DNA from: Rhina ancylostomus
Taxonomy: Eukaryota
Reading direction: 5' to 3'
Length of the DNA: 64,000 nt
NCBI GenBank assembly: GCA_030265395.1
Contig: JARFYF010000046.1
Location: 18,985,378 to 19,049,377, forward strand
Made by a program: the position numbers and the translations under genes. Under the pieces are notes generated by a model, which saw only the letters and a list, made by a program, of their open reading frames with translations, was not told where the DNA came from and did no database searches. The number at the start of each line of letters is the position of its first letter. Positions within the stretch are counted from its first letter, which is position 1. Shown here piece after piece: positions 12,321-26,299 of this stretch.

Positions 12321-15300
12321 TGGCCCACACATTTGTAGTTTATATTCATTTCCATTATCCTAAACAAGCTATGTCAATGTGATGCAAATGACATCATAAT
12401 TGCCAGCAGATACCTTTCTCTCTCAATTCCATTTACAGTTGTACACAAGAGACAACATCTGGTCTCTAATCTCATAACGGCAACTGTTACTTCTGGATGA
12501 ATATGTCAAGTATGTAAAAGTGATCCTAAAGCCAGTTTTTTTTTTAAATGTCCAACTCATTTCTTATGACTTCTAATAATTCAACACAGCTATAGTACTC
12601 ATCATTCTTAAGTGAAATGTAGCATCAACCCATACAGACAAGTGTTTTTGATCAACTCCTGAGCAAATTAACTGATGATCAAGACTCTTGCATTGGTCAG
12701 AAAGTTCCTGATTTCAATCATGTCAAGTAGCACCTGCTGACTGGAAGTGTTTCCCAAAATAAAAAAAAGAATGGTCCAATTAGACCTAGCCAAGTGCCTT
12801 CAGATAGCTATGAATCAACACAATTGGGACTCAAGGGCAAATCTCAAATAGAGCACATAACACAGGAAGATTCTAAAGAAGGAAGGTGAGTAAAACAAAA
12901 CACTCTTTAATGCCTTTCATTTATCAAATAACCTTATGACCATGAAGGATAAAGACACCTTAATATTTTTTTCCTCAAGGAAGTGCATTTTAAAAAGGTA
13001 CACAAGATTGATAATTTTCAAAATGTAGGGATAAGATTACTTTCCTTATCAGAAGGATACAAAACAAAGCAAACAACTCACAATAAATGCAGCCAAAATC
13101 AAGAGAGCTTTTTTTTACAGACGAGGTGCATCAAAGAACTTTTCCACTTTTCATTTCCTTGACCCTTTGAACTAAAACCAATTCCTCAAGAAGACAATAA
13201 CAATTTCCTTTTACTTAGAATCCACTCACTACCTGCAGTTATATAAATGCAATCAACATGATACTAAGTAAACAACTTAGTGTTTCACACATCATATGTT
13301 GTAACTGCTGTAAAATTGATCAATGTACCAAACTCCCAGAGATAGTGATAGGAAAGTGAAAGAATTAGAACTATATTGAACTCTTACTGATCAAAGTGAT
13401 TTAAAAAACATTACTGCTAGATTAAGTCACGAAAGAGCTTGTTAACAAACTTTTAAATCATTGTGCAATTGTAAATTAAAACAGTTGCAATTAAACTGTT
13501 AAAGTTAGAACCAGTTACTGTCAAATGTTTAATTATTAACATGTAATTGCAAAGATACAATATTTCACTTTCTCAGCTACANNNNNNNNNNNNNNNNNNN
13601 NNNNNNNNNNNNNNNNNNNNNNNNNNNNNNNNNNNNNNNNNNNNNNNNNNNNNNNNNNNNNNNNNNNNNNNNNNNNNNNNNNNNNNNNNNNNNNNNNNNN
13701 NNNNNNNNNNNNNNNNNNNNNNNNNNNNNNNNNNNNNNNNNNNNNNNNNNNNNNNNNNNNNNNNNNNNNNNNNNNNNNNNNNNNNNNNNNNNNNNNNNNN
13801 NNNNNNNNNNNNNNNNNNNNNNNNNNNNNNNGGGGGGGGGAAAGAGGAATAAAACTTGAAGCGGCTGGGGGTTGGCTCTTACCACAGTACATGTAATGTA
13901 CTTACCTTGCAGGTCTCCCAGCACTGTGGGATTAAGACCATGCTGTCCCAAGATAACAATCCAAAAATCAGTGTCCCAGAACATTGTGGTGCAAGTTCCC
14001 AAGCAATGTTCCAAAAGGACCACTGAAAGGGGAATGATGACATTCCCTGCTCTCTGATGTGGGAATCACGCTGCAGTCACAAGCATGAACCATGGCAGGA
14101 AAAACCTAGTCAAATTTTCCATGTGACATGAAATGGCCCTGAATTGGTCATGTGAGCATTTAACTCATACAAAAAAATCTATTTTCAACTGCAGGAAAAT
14201 GAAACTGCATAGTGAAAGTGAATTTCCAAGCAGGTGTCCTTTATGTGGAACAACATTTTAAGATGCTTCAGAGATGAATAACCAACAAAAGTTGAAGAAA
14301 TTACAACCAAAAGCTTGATCAAAAGGGCAGGTTTTAAGACCATCTTAAAGTAGAAGAAAGACAGAAATGAAATGGACGTTTAAAAGGTAAACCACAGAGC
14401 ATTCAATTTAGGTAGATGTGCCTAGCAACAGCAGGCTGAAGAGAAGGTGAAATGCAAAGTCACACAAACAGAAACTGCAAAAAATTTTAAGATTGGAGAA
14501 ATTTGCAGAGCTAGGGAATGGGAAGGGCGAGAGGGTAAGGACTTGAGGGAGTGCATTAAAGGCATCAGGAACTTTGGGTTGGCAAGAATAGAAATATAGT
14601 GAACAGGAAACAAGCAGTAGACATTTGAAACAGCTGAAGTTTACTGACTAATGGGGTAGGTGACTAGCTCAGACAACACTGGAATAGATATGTCTAGAGA
14701 TGATGAAGGCATAGTTAAAGGATAAAATGGCATGGCACAAAGCAGACCATACCAAAGAACAAGCAGGATGAGGGCAAGTAAAGATCTTGCTGAGGAAAAG
14801 GGGAATAGACAAGGAAGTGATCAAGCAAATCAATAGCTTCAATTACATAGAGCCACCATTTAGTACTGCCACCAATCAACATACACCATTCACAAACCAA
14901 TGCGGTTCTACTGCCACCCTCTAGAAGTGCAAGAGTGGCCAAAGGTAATTCTTCTGAGTCTTCCCTTCATTTGCATTAAGTAACAGTAAATCTCCATATT
15001 CTATGAAAATAGACGAGAAGAACCGAGCAAACATTAACTTAACAGCATCAATCTGCATCTCATCAACCTACAGTGAAGCAAATTCAATTTTCAGTAAATT
15101 GTTGCATCTCAATAGGTTTTTCCATTTAAGGGAGGTTCACAACCATTCAACAGGTTTTCATTTAAGATTTTAAATTGACTTGTTTCGTGCAATTTGAATG
15201 GTTCCAAGAACTTTCTTTGTCTCAATGATTGTAAATGTGTATTGCCGTGCAGTGAGGACACCGGCTCTGCAATCCCATCAAGGCGAAGGAGCCAAATTAA

Positions 15301-18300
15301 GAGACTTAAAATGACAAAAAAAAAATCACTGAAGCATCCCAAGTTAATGACTACACCTCTGTTGTCGAATTTGGTCCTTCACTACCTCAAGCCAGATTCC
15401 CCTGAGGATTCAGAGCATCTCACTGTTCAAACAAACAGTCACAAAGATTCAACAGAAACAGACAGGAAAAACAACAAATCCCAAACCAATTTTTAGATAA
15501 CTGTACAGTCTTAAAAAGCCCATAATCCAATATTTGGTCTTTAAGCATGTATCTGTGCTAGCCAAATCCTTTTCCAATATTTTGTCAACATCTGCCCTAT
15601 TTTGTTGTGTTTTCTACAATTCTATCAAAGCTTCAGGAAGAATGATCACAAGTAGGAATATTAAATGTTTTTCTCCTCCTCCCAAACCTAGGGACAAAAA
15701 GGCTAATTGGATCACACTAACACTCTCTTGCCCCATGATGAACCTAGCACCTTAACTGTCAGGTTCAGTCATGTCACACTGCATCACCAGGGATGCTTAT
15801 GTTCACAGCGCTTCAGAAACTGGCGTCAATTCTGAATAACACTGCTCACATATTTTCCGAGGGGGAGAGAACAACATTTTATGCAAAAATTTAGTTTACA
15901 AAAATATCAGATTCTAAACAAATCCAGTAAAGAGGGATTATTGGGCACAAATCAAGCAAAGGATTCTCGCACCAGAGTACTAATTAAAACACACCCTTGT
16001 GAACGGTATCCAATAACTACAGCCACTGGAAGTCAGATGTTCTTTTTTAACCAAGACACTCATTTCCTTTCATTTCGCCACTCCACAATCCAGGAATCAA
16101 CAGCATACAAGACCTTATTCACGTTCATAATATCAATGGGGTTCCTTTATAGGTTGCACTCACAGCACAAAGTTTAAATATGCCCAGATGAAAGTGGGAA
16201 TCCTATAGCGCAAGACTCATTACAACACAGAGGTTGAACTGTTCCTAATCATGACACAAGGCTGACTGTAGGTAATATTTGTAAATTTAAAGGTAGAAAT
16301 TCTGTGAACTGCCTGCACTGATGGAGCAAATGCCTTCTTGTAATCTGAGTTCAATAGCCTCTTTTGCACCTATTCTAACCAGTTAAGAACCACATTATAT
16401 TAAAGAAAAATCGATTCATTTCTATTATTTCCAATTTACAATATCCTCTCATTACTTCCAATTTATAAAATCTTCTCATTCACTGTTACTTTGTTTCTGA
16501 AGCACAACTTGAGCTATCAAAGCACCAGGCACAAATATTTTTCTCCTATACTTAGAATACACAATTAAAAAATTGCAGAAATGGTTGGTAGCTGAACCAT
16601 TGTTCTGTGGGAAGGAAGTAAAGATATATTTGAAACATTAACTGATTTTCTGTGTTTCCTCAGTTCTTCACCACGTCTGGTCTAATTAACTGCACACGTT
16701 GGAAGGAGTAAAGAGCAGTGAAACTGCTCTTATGAACTTAGGATTTGGCTCAGCTGTGATGGGTATGTGCCCTGACATTCATCATGGAGCTGTGAATAAA
16801 AAATGGCTTGGGTGAAATCCTGTGGGTACATGCATTAGCAATGGAAGAAAAAAGGAAACGGAGCAAAAAACTAAGAATAACTGAGCAAAATGATAAAAGG
16901 CAAAAATCATCCTTATTAAGAAAATGTTTTAAGTTCTTTTGGTTTTACCTCTGAATTACTTTTGCCATAATACACAAGATAACATCATCCATACACTTTC
17001 ACTTTCTATCATTTCTCGCAGTACAAAGACTGAAATGTCATCCACCCACCACTTAACCATAAACTATTTCCTTTTGTTTCTACCAGCACTGGTCAGACAA
17101 TAGAGTTTATTATTTGCGTCATGGCTAATACACTTAACATCTGCAATCTTCAGAAGAACTCAAGGCATGTATTCTTTTAAATGTCATTTAACCATTTCTA
17201 CAAAATTATTTTCCAAAATCAAAATTCAAAATAGCCAAAACTGAATTTCTCTTGAATCCACCTTCCTATTGCTACAAAATTGTTAATACCACACACAAAC
17301 AGCTGTACATGCAATACAACAGAATCATTTTAGGGACAAGCACATTAAGATTTTTTAATTCCATTCCCTAATACAACATGTATTTATAGCTAAATAACAA
17401 AAAGGGCAGCAAATTTTACAATTCTCAATAATAAGTGAATACAATATTCAATGTTCATTCTAAAACTCTTATTTCCAACAACTGTATTTTTACAGTACTC
17501 CCTTTAAAACAAAGAATATCTCAAGACTCCTTTACCATGAAGATGAACAGAAAACAGCAAAGAGACCAATTGTCGATGGGAAATATAGTTGCAAAAGATT
17601 GGGTGGATTAGAAATGGACAAGTAGAAGGATTTGGACCTCAATTTGTTGAGTCACAGGAAGTGTGTAGAATTATATAGAAAGTAACTCAGGGCACAACAG
17701 TCTAGATGAACTGCAATTTATAAGGTTAGGTAGAAGTAAGGTCACTTCTTAAGATAGCGATTCATGAAGGAATTAATGCACAAATTGAAGGCTGCAGCAT
17801 CTGACTAGAAATGCAAAGATGGAATTTGGGTGAGCAATGGTCCAGAAGTATAAGAAAACAATAGAACTATAGACCAGCTAATGGCAAATTGACTACTGGA
17901 ACTGCACACTACCAGATTCAACATGAGCAGGTAACCATCATATGGAAAGGGACAAAGGCACTGGACTCAAAAGCAGAAATGATTAGGTTCGTGTTTATCA
18001 TATTCTGGCACTGAAGCAGCATAATCAATATAAAATTGAAAATCTATTACAAATACAAGAGAGGAAGCCATGCTTTTTGACAAGTTTCCAATATGATGTC
18101 ATTATTTATGCAGTCATGGATATATTTTACATCAAAATGTGCCTTCTAAAACATATTCCCTGTTAACATACAATAAACATATCCACAAGCAAAGCCAAAA
18201 AAGCAACAATGTGGGTAACTGAATCATGCCATATTTTAATTATAATATATTAACATTAGTTTTCCTCTGTGCAAATCACTGAGATAAATTCTAATATCTC

Positions 18301-18539
18301 CTGTGACTAATTATTTAGAATTGTATTTCAGCCCTTATCAGTGCAAGCAACAAGGCCAACAAAACAAGAAAAGTCATTATTAATTATAAAACCAGGGTCA
18401 CCAGAATCTACAATCCCTTCTCTAGTTATGGACACTAAATCAGAACCTCTGTTCAATCTCCTTGACAATTCCTTGGGGTCGAGGATGACTTGCTTCTATT
18501 CCAGTTCTGTAAGGCCTGAGGTATTCAAAGTGTCTTGTG

Positions 18540-19250
18540 TAGCTTGCACAGACTCTGCCTTTCGTAGAGCAGGTGGTACTTGATGAGGTGGATGGCATCA
18601 TCCACTGTTTCAGCTGCACATACATGACATCCCATCATATAGACTGTCACACTGATCAGCGCCTTTCCTGATACTTCTTCTCCACTTGAAGCAGCCACAG
18701 GTCAGTTGAAAGAGATATTATACTTCTTTGAAGAGGCTTTGAAAATGTCTTTTAAATGTTTTCTCTGTCCTCCTGGAAATCTCTTGACATTACTGAATTC
18801 AGATCAGGGTACTTGTTTCCGGAGTCTGATGCGAGGGATGCAACAACTAGCTGAGTGTGACCACATGCTCAATGTTGGGGTTGTTGGCTTAGTGGAGGGG
18901 ATTTTTCTGGTTCACCTATCCTGCCAATGGACTCAGAGGATTTTGAAGAGAGAGCGTTGGTTGTACTTCTCCTGCTTTGGGACGGCTGGCAATATCCGCA
19001 AAGCATATGGGACAGCAGGGATGACTACTACCATGAGTCTGGTGTCAGATCTGAGGCCTTAATCTCATGGATACTCTTTTCCTCAATTGGCCAAAGGCTG
19101 AACTGGTGTACTGAAGGCAGTAGTGAATTTCATCATCTGCCTTCACTGAGCAATGGCTCCCAATGTATGGAAAATGTTCCATATTTTCAGGACCTTACTG
19201 TGAATTTTGATTGCTGGTATCATCAGAGGCAGGTTGGTAGAGGACTGTAC
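18540..19250 (-). mobile_element. RTE-clade LINE 3' fragment
   Basis: Minus strand reads PGGQRKHLKDIFKAS, resembling the RTE C-terminal GGQ-KRFKD-LKA motif; degenerate. Confidence 0.7.
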
Positions 19251-22200
19251 CTTTAAATTGGAGAAGGAACATTTACAAGGCTTTGATTACCCTGAGTCGT
19301 TATGATCAAGGGCGACTTTAGTAGAGGAGATACTCAGTGAAATATCCATCATTTCATGTGCTTCAGTGTATCAAAACCCTTGTTCCAATAACACGATGAA
19401 TACTGGGCAGAAAAGTAGGTTTCCAAAATAAACAGAACTTTAATTAATACTCATGGTTCGAGAAAAAGTTCAGAACAGTTTGATAATATTAGCAGCATGG
19501 TTGACCTGATATTTCCCCACATAATAGTTATGTAAATGATTTCCAACAGTATAAGGTGACTTCAATTTATTTCCTCATGGCTAGAAAGATTATTCACTAA
19601 AATTCATTTCTAATCAAATGCAAACATACATGTGCTACAACCCCAGATAATGTCTTGTGGAGCAATGAAAAACATTGACCTTCCGACACAAAACTTGAAT
19701 GGGTTACAATTTGTAACAGTGGAGATAAATATTGCTTTCTTTGTGCAATTAACAATTACTTTGAATATTAGCATCATTAATTGAAGATAAGATTATATTT
19801 TTAAAACTATTTCTGACTTAACTTGGTTATGCATATTTCTCAACACCACCAGACCAAAGTTTCTTGGCATCTGTTCTCAAAAATCTATTTATCTAATTTA
19901 AACCATTATATTTCTAAGTACTTTGACCAGATGATTCCTTCAACTTTCTAAACCCATAAAGGTGTGCTAGAATGTTGCTAACTATCCTCACAATTTTGCT
20001 CTTTAAGCCTTGGTAATAATTATGGTGCATCGGCAACCAACCCATTCCAAGACCAATGAGCATTTCCTAAGGTTTGCTACTCAAAAACAAATGAAGTATT
20101 CCAGATATTCTGGCCATGGCTCTGTGAAATACTACTTGTTCACTTTTGAATTCCAATCCATTTGAGATAAATGCCAATATTATATGAACCATCTTGATGA
20201 GTTATTGAACCTTTCTACTAACTTTTTGTAATCAGTATACCTGAGAAACTAAATCACTTTATTCCTTAACAATTCTAATTTCTCACTGTAACATGCATAT
20301 CACATGTTACATCAATAACATCATCTACTTTAATACTGTCACTCTTTCAAGGATCATTTCTTGTGAGGAACTGCCTCTGATGTTTCAACAGCATTGGCTC
20401 CGTAAGCTGCTTCATAAGTACTTTTGTTGATAGCTTAAATCATTGACTATTTCAAGTATAGAAAAATTAATAATGGTGTTATAGAAACACAACCTGAAGG
20501 ACACTGATTTGTATTTCTGAAATCCAAAATGGAAGATGATTTAACACACAACCCACCACAGTTTTATTCACTATTACAATTTATGACCTTTGTAACTTCC
20601 TATTTGCATTGTCTGCAAACTCAGAGGTACATATGTCCTGTTCATTCATCAAAATCATTAACACATTGGGAAGCTGACACTAAACTATGGATCAGTGAGA
20701 TACACCAAATCAGATCTGGCTAATCAGAGAGTATACTTTACACACATTCTCTATGTCCTGTCAAATATTCCCTCAATTTTTAAATCAGCTCATTTTTTTT
20801 TACTAATGACCTTGTGTGAACATTATCAAATGCCTTCAGGAAGTCGACATGCAACATCCAATAAGCACATTGCCAGTCACCTCAGCAGGAAATAAACTGT
20901 ATCAGTCAGAAATTAACTGACTTCCAGAAAAATTACCTGCGAACTTTGAGCTACTGCTTCCTCGTGTATTTTTTCTCTCTCTATTCTCAATAATGCAATC
21001 TAACACTTTCCCCTCACCACAACTGAAACTAAACTGCAGGTTCACTGGTCCCTCTTGATCTCTCCTCACAAATAATGAACGTCCCGATCCAAAAGCAGTT
21101 CTTGAGTCTAGACAACTTTAGGAAATTACAGTTAAATAGTTGCAATTTTCAACCTTTTTCTATAAAATTCTGTTATGGAGACCCAATGATTTGTCCATTT
21201 GAAGTTCTAGTGTTTTCTTCACTGCCATTTTCTTTTGCAGATTAAATCGATTTAGAGTCCCCAACACCTGCCGCCCAACCCACTCATTTTGTTTTGAGTT
21301 TCCTTTGGACTACCAACATTTTGCTCCCTTCCTCCACTGTTAAAATGGATGAAATGTTCTCTGTTAACTAGTGTGCAACTTTCCCACTACCCATTACATA
21401 TGAGTCACATTTGCGTCACACTTAAATGGACTCACATTCTCTCAGACCACTCTCCTTTTAATATATTTATATCATATCAGACAGTCTTCTACAACTTCTT
21501 ACATCTTAACCTGTAGTTTTATCCATTAACAGTGCAGCCTAGTTTACTGTGGTCAATCTTTACTTTGTTCTTTCAAAACTTGCCTTATTTAAAATTCAAA
21601 ATCTTGTTTTTTCCCCTCTCAAATCCAAATTCAAATCAATTCACATTATGCTCATTATTTGTGAGATGTCTCCTTACCATCAAATTGATGGTGAATTCTG
21701 ATTTGTTATTCATTAAAAATCCAGTATAGCTTGTTCCCAGTGCTATAATCTACAAATGTCTTTGTTATAAATTACACTGTACTCAGAATTAAAATAATAA
21801 GCCTCCCAAGAACTAACAATAAAGAACTCAAAGGAGGGGAAAACAAGTCCTGCATGTATGCTAGTAAAGCAGAAGAGGCTCCATTTTCACCAGAGTACTT
21901 AAAATGATCAATAGCTTCCATTTATTATAGCACCATAATAAAACATCTGAATATACCTCCCAGGAACAGAATCAAATACAAACTCGTTCCAAGCCATTAA
22001 GGGATGGTGACCAAAAGCTTCTGAGAAATATGTTAAGATGCATCTTAAACTAAAAGTATGGGAGATCGAGAAGCAGAGAGATCTGGGGAGAAAATTTCAC
22101 AGCTTAGAAAGCCGGGATATGAAGGGACTGCCATCGATGGCGTCACAGAAAGTTGAGGAACAAATCACTAAAGTAACAAGAGTGCAAATACTTTGGTTAC

Positions 22201-23269
22201 AGAAATGGAGGAAACAGAGAACTTGAAGTGATTTGAAATATGACAATTGAGATTGTTTTTTTAAAAAAATCAAAGCATTGCTTAACAGGGAGCAAAAAGA
22301 GCCAGGCAAACATGGGAGTGATGAATGAACAGGGCCTGACATGAGCTGGGTGACAAAGACTGAAGATACAGTTGACCTAAAGGTTATGTAGGTTAGGAAG
22401 AGAAGTAAAATCAGAAAAGTTCACTAAATCAGACAGCACCTGCAGAAAGAAAAATATAGTTCATGTTTTACAATAAAAGCCCTTCATCACAACTGGGAAA
22501 GTGAGAAAGCCTGAGGGAGGCTGACCAGAAGTATATTAGAATATTCAAGTGAACTAAGGTGCAGCTGAGGGTCTTAGCAGGAAATGAGCTGAGGCAGTAG
22601 TCAGAGATGAATTAATTCAAACTCAAAATTAAAATGCCCAGAAACATGAGGGAAACAATGGTAGCAGATGTCACATGTTCTCATTAATGCTAAATCTCAG
22701 TCATTCAAAATTAGGCAAAAAACAAACTTCATTAAAGTCAACCGTAGTAAACAGATACTAAAGGAAATGCAAAATTCCTTATCACATACTATTGGACGTT
22801 ATGAGATCTATCTTTCAACTATTTCTTTTTGCCTTGTTCTTTTCTTAGAATGAATTAGAGCTTCTCATGCACACAGAAAATCTTTTTAACCTCATGGGCT
22901 TTAAGTGTAACATTGTTCTGGTATTAATCTGCATTTATTTCATACTTCACTGATACCAAAAATTTATTTTGTTTTAAAGAGTTAGCCACCACATAAATAT
23001 TTCCAAACATACAAATCCATTTCCTATACTAAACCAGGTTATGCACTGAAATTTCAACACACCCTCCCGCAACCCCAAAGAAACACCTATTCTTGGACCA
23101 GGTTCAAACACTCCTGACCTAGTGTTTAATGATACAACATTCTGTTGCAGATCCCAACTTTGATTACCAAACTGTGCTGCGTTATTTCATCTCTTATGAA
23201 TCTGCAGATGTATGGCTCTAAGTCAGGGCTTATAACATCCGTGACACTGGGTCATTAATGTTTTTGGTT

Positions 23270-23740
23270 TTGGTTTATTATTGTCATTTGTACTAAGATG
23301 CAAGACAAAACTTGTCTTGCATACCATTCATACAGAACAATTCATTGCACAGTGCATTGAAGTAGTATGAGGTAAAATAATACAGGATGCAGAATAAAGT
23401 GCAACAGCTACAGAGAAAGTGCAGTGCAGGCAGACAATAAGGTGCAAGGTCATAACAAGGTAGATTGTGAGGTCAAGAGTNNNNNNNNNNNNNNNNNNNN
23501 NNNNNNNNNNNNNNNNNNNNNNNNNNNNNNNNNNNNNNAGCTGTCCTTGAGCCTGGTGGTACGTGCTTTCAGGCTTTTGTATCTTCTGCCTGATGGGAGA
23601 GGGGAGAAGAGAGAACATCCGGGGTGGGTGGGGTCTTCTGGCTGCTTTACTGAAGCAATGAGAAGTATAGATTAGAGTCCATGGAGTGGAGGCTGGTTTC
23701 CATGACGTACTGAGCTGTGCCCACAACTCTCTGCAGTTTC
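23270..23740 (-). mobile_element. LINE 3' end (Rex1/Babar-like), second copy
   Basis: Reverse-complement similarity to 1190-1610. Confidence 0.65.
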
Positions 23741-24399
23741 TTACAGTCACGGACTTCATTGATTGTAATTCAGTGACTTCACTGGGAAATGTGCATGTGC
23801 AGGCATTGTGGGAACTGCCATGGATAGTCAACACTCAGAGCTCAACAAATAAAAACAGCCTCCCAAGCAAGATGCCAGAAGGTTGCTATTACCTGAGGAT
23901 AAACCTCAGCAATGAGTCAGCAAAACTGGGTGCAAAATAAACTGCACTGGTCAAAGGGCACATAATAGTTAGACACGTAGAGGTAAAAATAATTGGCATC
24001 ACATCATAATAAATCACAGTCATATTACATCACAGAGAAGGGATTCAGGTACTTGTATTACTTCTGTTTAATATGTAACACATCTTCCCCAGCTCCTCCT
24101 AACTAATGACCTATGAAATTACTTGCGTGTCTCCCTAATGTTCTCCCTAGCCAGAACTGTTCAAGTAAAATGAGGATGTTAAACAAAATCCTTAAACCTT
24201 TCAGCCTGGACACCAATTCACCCCAAGTAAAATTCTCAATCGGTTAAGAGAAAAATCTTGGCTTTTGACATCCTCATTTAAAAATATCTTGCCAAGATAT
24301 CACATGCACTGGGAGTTAATTTTACTTCATGATGGCACTGGATGCTACTTTTACAGGCATGATTTGTTGGATCTATCCTTAGACCCGAGTGGAAACCAA

Positions 24400-24830
24400 A
24401 CTACGGGCCGGCAGATCTGACAGGGACTCCTTTAATTGGTCAATTCCGGTCCAGTTAAGCAACACCTGATCCCAAACAGCCTTAGGGCGGGTAGATTGCC
24501 ACAAGGACGGAAGGCAGATGCGGCATTTCCACTTCAACTTTCTGGCTCCCCTCTGACAAATACCTGGCCGTTTTATGGACAGAAGCTAAAGAGCCCGACA
24601 ACAGCCGCCTGGCTGCTTCCGAAGTGTCACCTTCACCACGATGGCTCGAATCCAGGCAAAACATTTTGAACTGAGGCTGCCATGCCAATATTTGCATCCG
24701 ATAAGCGGCGGTGGCAGAAAGAGGCGTTAACGCCATGTTCGAAGGTTTACGGAAATCTGAAATAAATTGATCGCGGCTTCGGGCCACATCGCATGAGAAG
24801 CGAGTGTTTCCCCATCAACCCCGCCCCCAC
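24400..24830. promoter_or_regulatory. CpG-rich segment in proximal HIP1R intron 1
   Basis: Many retained CpGs, an ATTTGCAT octamer near 24689 and a GC box (ccccgcccc) near 24818. Confidence 0.45.
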
Positions 24831-25259
24831 AAATCCCAATTCCATTCAACCTTTTGGAACTGGTCAATACATTTGTACGTGGATTCTAACAGGAGCCCCA
24901 TGCTCTCGATAGGAACTTAAGCAATAAATGGTGGTAAATGTTGAACTACTCAAGGCTGATCAATCAGCTGGGGTGTGGTGAAAGCTTGAGTCCCTGGTTG
25001 AAAAGCAAGGGTGGTTTCTTATTTATCTGCAAGTTGTTTACCTTTTATTTCTCTCACAGTATCTGCTGCTTGGATTATCCCCTTCACTCCCTGGATTTAT
25101 TCTAATGACTGGGCACACACAACTGCAACTACTACCTGTCTGAGCGTTCTCCCTCACTCCCTGCCGTCATCCTGATGCCTGGGTACACTCTGTTTCGTAC
25201 CTACTGCCTGTACTTCCTTCCCTCCACCCAGCCTGCTTTCCTTATCGTGCCTTCTGCTT

Positions 25260-25740
25260 GAACATTCCTTCCCCCCCCCCCCGCGCTGCCTGTGCCCTCT
25301 CCAGATTGTACCTGCTGCCGCCAGTTCTCTCTCCCTCTCTCTCTGTATTGTACCTGCTGCCAGCTCTCTCTCTCTCTCTCTCCGTATTTTACCTGCTGCC
25401 TGTCAAACTGCTCCCGCTCCGCTTCCAAACTGTGCACCGAGCGGCGGTGCAGAACCTTGGCCGGCACTTGTCTGATGGTGTTCATCGGGAACCCGTCTCG
25501 GTCACGGCGCAGCCGCTCACTGCAACGATCTGCCTCAGCTCCCCGGGCGCGCTCCCGCTCGCGTCCGTGCTCGTGCCCGGTGACAGCCCAGGGCCGGCGG
25601 CGCGCGCCCGCGTGCATCATGGGAAAAAAACCGGGGCGGCGCAGCCTGGCCATTGAATGCAGCACCTGGCAGCACGGTCTGTGCTGTGGGAGGAGGGCTG
25701 GGGACCCGGGTGGAGCCGCCAGGGAAGTAACCTTACCCCT
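25260..25740 (-). promoter_or_regulatory. CpG island: HIP1R promoter and 5'UTR
   Basis: Dense CpG and GC content (gcgcgcgcccgcg, ggggcggcg) in an otherwise CpG-depleted window, overlapping exon 1. Confidence 0.85.
25393..25485 (-). CDS. HIP1R: HIP1R (huntingtin-interacting protein 1-related) first coding exon MNTIRQVPAKVLHRRSVHSLEAEREQFDRQQ; the rest of the gene lies beyond the left edge
   Basis: 31 codons aligning without gaps to recalled human HIP1R MNSIKNVPARVLSRRPGHSLEAEREQFDKTQ; donor CAG|GTAAAA; CpG island; synteny with CCDC62. The exon-2 sequence (AISISKAIN...) was not found in 1-25392. Confidence 0.93.
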
Positions 25741-26299
25741 ACCAGCATGCCAATTGGGAGCATGCTGGCTGCTTGTCTAAAATACATTCAAAATATAATG
25801 TGTACGGTCAATTTTTAATGACCAACCTGGTAAACCCTGCCCACTGTAGCCTGATCCTAGTTTACTCCCCACATTGAGAGATGAAACATGAGGAAAGCTG
25901 CAGATTGTTTTTCCCCGCCATGCAATTGTTCAGCTCTGCCCCCTTGGACTATAGTCCATAGATGGTTTAAAAATCTGGACGTCTAACGCATACTGTTTTG
26001 GGCAAAATGGATGTAAAACTGTTTCCTATATGTTGAGACATCAGCTGCCATTCAGCAGTTGAACAAATATTACTGGTTAATGAGGCGTGGAGGTTGAAGC
26101 ATTCACCGCGCTGGCTTGTGCTATGCAAAGCTCAACTTATTTCCAGCACTTTGTATTTCAGATTTACAGCACCTGCAAATTTGTATATTATCATTTTATT
26201 GATCACTGTAGGGGCTGAATTAGCAGGAGATGCACTGACAGATTAATGAATAAAATAAACTTCCCAAAAGACAAAGCTCAGCCTCCACCATTATGTACA

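Noticed and set aside
20937-20999. 63-nt open phase-0 segment (IALLRIEREKIHEEAVAQSSQ) with a CAG|GTAATT donor, close to HIP1R exon-2 size
   Set aside because: No similarity to AISISKAIN..., purine-rich acceptor, and it appears embedded in decayed CR1-like sequence.
25258-25780. Plus-strand ORFs of 132 and 162 aa over the HIP1R promoter
   Set aside because: Stop-poor GC-rich and microsatellite sequence antisense to the real exon; no recognisable protein.
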